Source of the DNA: Callorhinchus milii
Taxonomy: Eukaryota
Reading direction: 5' to 3'
Length of the DNA stretch: 64,000 nucleotides
Assembly (NCBI RefSeq): GCF_018977255.1
Contig: NW_024704747.1
Span: forward strand, 24,924,001-24,988,000
Below, piece after piece: positions 61,449 through 64,000 of the stretch. The position numbers and the translations under genes were made by a program. The notes under the pieces are model-generated. The model was not told where the DNA came from and made no database searches. It saw nothing but the letters and a program-made list of their open reading frames with translations. Position 1 is the stretch's first letter. Each line of letters starts with the position of its first letter.

Positions 61449-63756
61449 ACACAAAGGGAAAGAAGGTTTTTATTAGTCTCAGCTGTTTGCTTTTAGGAAA
61501 AAGGCCTTTGGTAAATCTATTACTAAATGGAGATTAGCAAATTGGTTAATGGGAGTCTATCTTTAATCTAATATAACCTACCTACGATGTGATCTTCAGT
61601 CTGAATGAAGTGCATTCTTTTATAAAGCTCTGCGTTTCTCTGATTTAATGTACTGGCAGCTGGTAGGTTTAAGGGTAAAATTTCTCCTTCATCTCTGTCT
61701 CAATGGCTGATAATTAAATAACCAAGGATAGGAGGTCAATTGAACAGCACAGGAGTAGGGAGATCACACGGGACTCATAAGGCTGCCCTAATCAGCTAGG
61801 CAACCAGACAAATAAAGGAATCGGCTAACTCAACAGGTATCATGAATTAGGTTTATTTCTTATCTGGTCTGTAAGGCTCACTGCCATGACAGTTCCTGTG
61901 TTCACACCCAACCAGAGAGATAATCCCAATGAATTAAAAATAATTTTCAAATTTATGGTTAATAAAATGGCTTGATGTTGGTTTGCCTTTTAATGGCTTT
62001 TGAAAACCAACAACAACAGAATTACAAATGACCTGATTGAATCTGCTTGCTGTGTTTCCATAAATACCGACTTGCCAACTTAATAAAACAATTCGATTTT
62101 TCACTAAGCTTTAAAGAATGAGTTCTTGCTTGTGCTCATCCTTCTAAATTTAAAAAACGAGAATGATTCTGGAAAAACTGCAATTTTTCAACTGCAAAAA
62201 ACTGGTCCCTATCAATAGCTTCAAAAGATTTTTTTCAAAATTCATAATCTAATTATGGTCACGTTCTGAATTCCTTTCAAAAATGCAGCCACAATACTTT
62301 TCCATTTAAATTAAGAATGCTTTGATGCCCTCCGAAATCAACACTGAGTTTCTTTTTGAAAACAGGATTGTAGTCTTTGCATCTGTAAATACCATGGTAC
62401 AATACAGTATTTATCTGTTTTTCTATATTTAGCATTAGCAGAGAAAGCTCCTTTTGGTGGTAATACTCCAGTTTGCAGTGTTACAAATCACTGAAGAGGT
62501 TTGCTGAATTTCGACTGGTGCAATGAGCAGATTGACAAAAGGCCAAAATCATTCTGGACACTTTCCTGGTACGTCAAATGCCCTGAAATCTTGAGCCACA
62601 GCTCACCTACTGTATCAATTCTTTGTGTACCAGTTGTGGGTGGGAAATGATGGGTTTGTAAGGAATACCTGAGGTTCAACAGATGGCAAAGTCAAGCAGA
62701 TCCACAATAATCTGCGGTCGACTTGCTGTAATTTAAACCTGATCATCTGATTGCAGAGATACATTTAAAAATCCACATCAGTGGGCAGATTTTTAGATGT
62801 TGGCCACTATCCAAAGAAGATAGGGAAACATTTAACCTAATTTCTGGTAATTCTTTGACATTTTAAGGTTGTCAGTTGATGTCTTTTAAATTACATTTTT
62901 TTTCAACTTTCTCAAACACTTCAAAGAATCTGAAAAAGTAAAACTAGAGATTGTGTCTAGAACAATGCGTCCGGGCACTGAATGGGTCTGCAAATGGCGT
63001 GTAGCCCTGAACTAAACGATAGAGGCTAGGCTGGTGGACTATACTTTATGAAAGAGGGCATTCTGGTAACTGCAACAAAATACAAAGGCTGCCACATAAT
63101 ACCAACTCAGGATGGAAAAGAATATAGAAAAAAATAGCAGGAAAGGCAGACTTCCTCGCAAGAGAGTTGGGAGGAAAAGTGTCATAGTTCAGTTAAAATA
63201 TTAGAAATGGATTCAGTGAGTCACCACATTAAGATGAAAGGCTTCTTGAGAGAAGAGATCAAGAGGAAAGTAGGGCCATCATGGCAAACCTGACCCGCTT
63301 GCCTTCCAGTCTTTACACGTGTATGCTTCGCTTCCAGCTGGGGTCAGAATGAAGAGCAGGAATCTTGGCTGCTGCTGTTTTTCATTCTCTGTCTAACCCA
63401 GAGATGCTAATGCCAATTATAGTTCCTTTGATATCACACCAACAGAGATCTGCTAACGCTGCACATAGCAAGGATAAACCTGGGACCATTCTGGTCTGTA
63501 TGGCTTTTAATGCCACGCCATCTGGCTCATTTATCAATCAAGTCAAGAAAATCTAATGGAGAGACTGATATCTGATGTAGTTTTATCTTTTGGGTTACTT
63601 AATAGGATATGTTGAAAAAAATCTTCAAATGCGGCAAGTAACTTAAAGGCACATAACGTGCCGGCTATCAGCTGCCGAAAACTATTGCATCTTCCCTTCT
63701 TTATACTTCGGAAACCCTTTTTTTCTTCTTAGAATCTTGGCCTCCTTATTAAACAG

Positions 63757-63958
63757 CAGTAATCCTTGAAATGTAAATAAATTAATAATTTGGTCACTCA
63801 ATCCAGGACGGTTTGTGAAATATTGCTGTGTGCAGCTGGCTGCCGCGTTTCGCCCACAAAATATAAAGTCAATTCACTTTACAGTACATTCTGTGAAGCT
63901 TTTTGAGACGTCTTGAAGGCATGATAAGGCGCTATATCAAATGCAAGGATTATTATTA
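63757..63958 (+). mobile_element. 5'-truncated Deu-type SINE
   Basis: tgctgtgtgcagctggctgccgcgtttcgcccacaaaatata...caaatgcaaggattattatt. Confidence 0.9.
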
Positions 63959-64000
63959 TAAACAGTGTAGTGTATCCTGCTTACATTCCCTTGGCTGTGG

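Noticed and set aside
59400-64000. Start of CCDC141, the downstream neighbour expected from human synteny
   Set aside because: I could not find a matching N-terminal peptide in this interval

Overview
Vertebrate genomic DNA, not prokaryotic. The repeat complement (L2 and CR1 LINE fragments, Deu-domain tRNA-SINEs, an LF-SINE-like relic) points to a cartilaginous fish, probably a holocephalan such as elephant shark; this species assignment is an inference. The window holds one complete protein-coding gene on the + strand, SESTD1 (SEC14 and spectrin domain-containing 1). It has 17 coding exons from ATG 17838 to TAA 58538 (2097 nt, 698 aa), which I joined by hand with consistent phases. A CpG-island promoter and a probable non-coding first exon lie at about 10.4-11.6 kb, flanked by G/C-skewed minisatellites and a 184-nt N gap. 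The rest is intron or intergenic DNA with many retroelement fragments. I found no novel multi-gene system. The most notable observations are: an apparently obligatory, weak GC 5' splice site; an L2 3' tail occupying the branch-point region of a constitutive exon; a possible divergent spliced transcript; a SINE flanked by an inverted copy of its own tail; and a shared L2/SINE 3' stem-loop with family-specific loops. All family and orthologue comparisons are from memory, not database searches.
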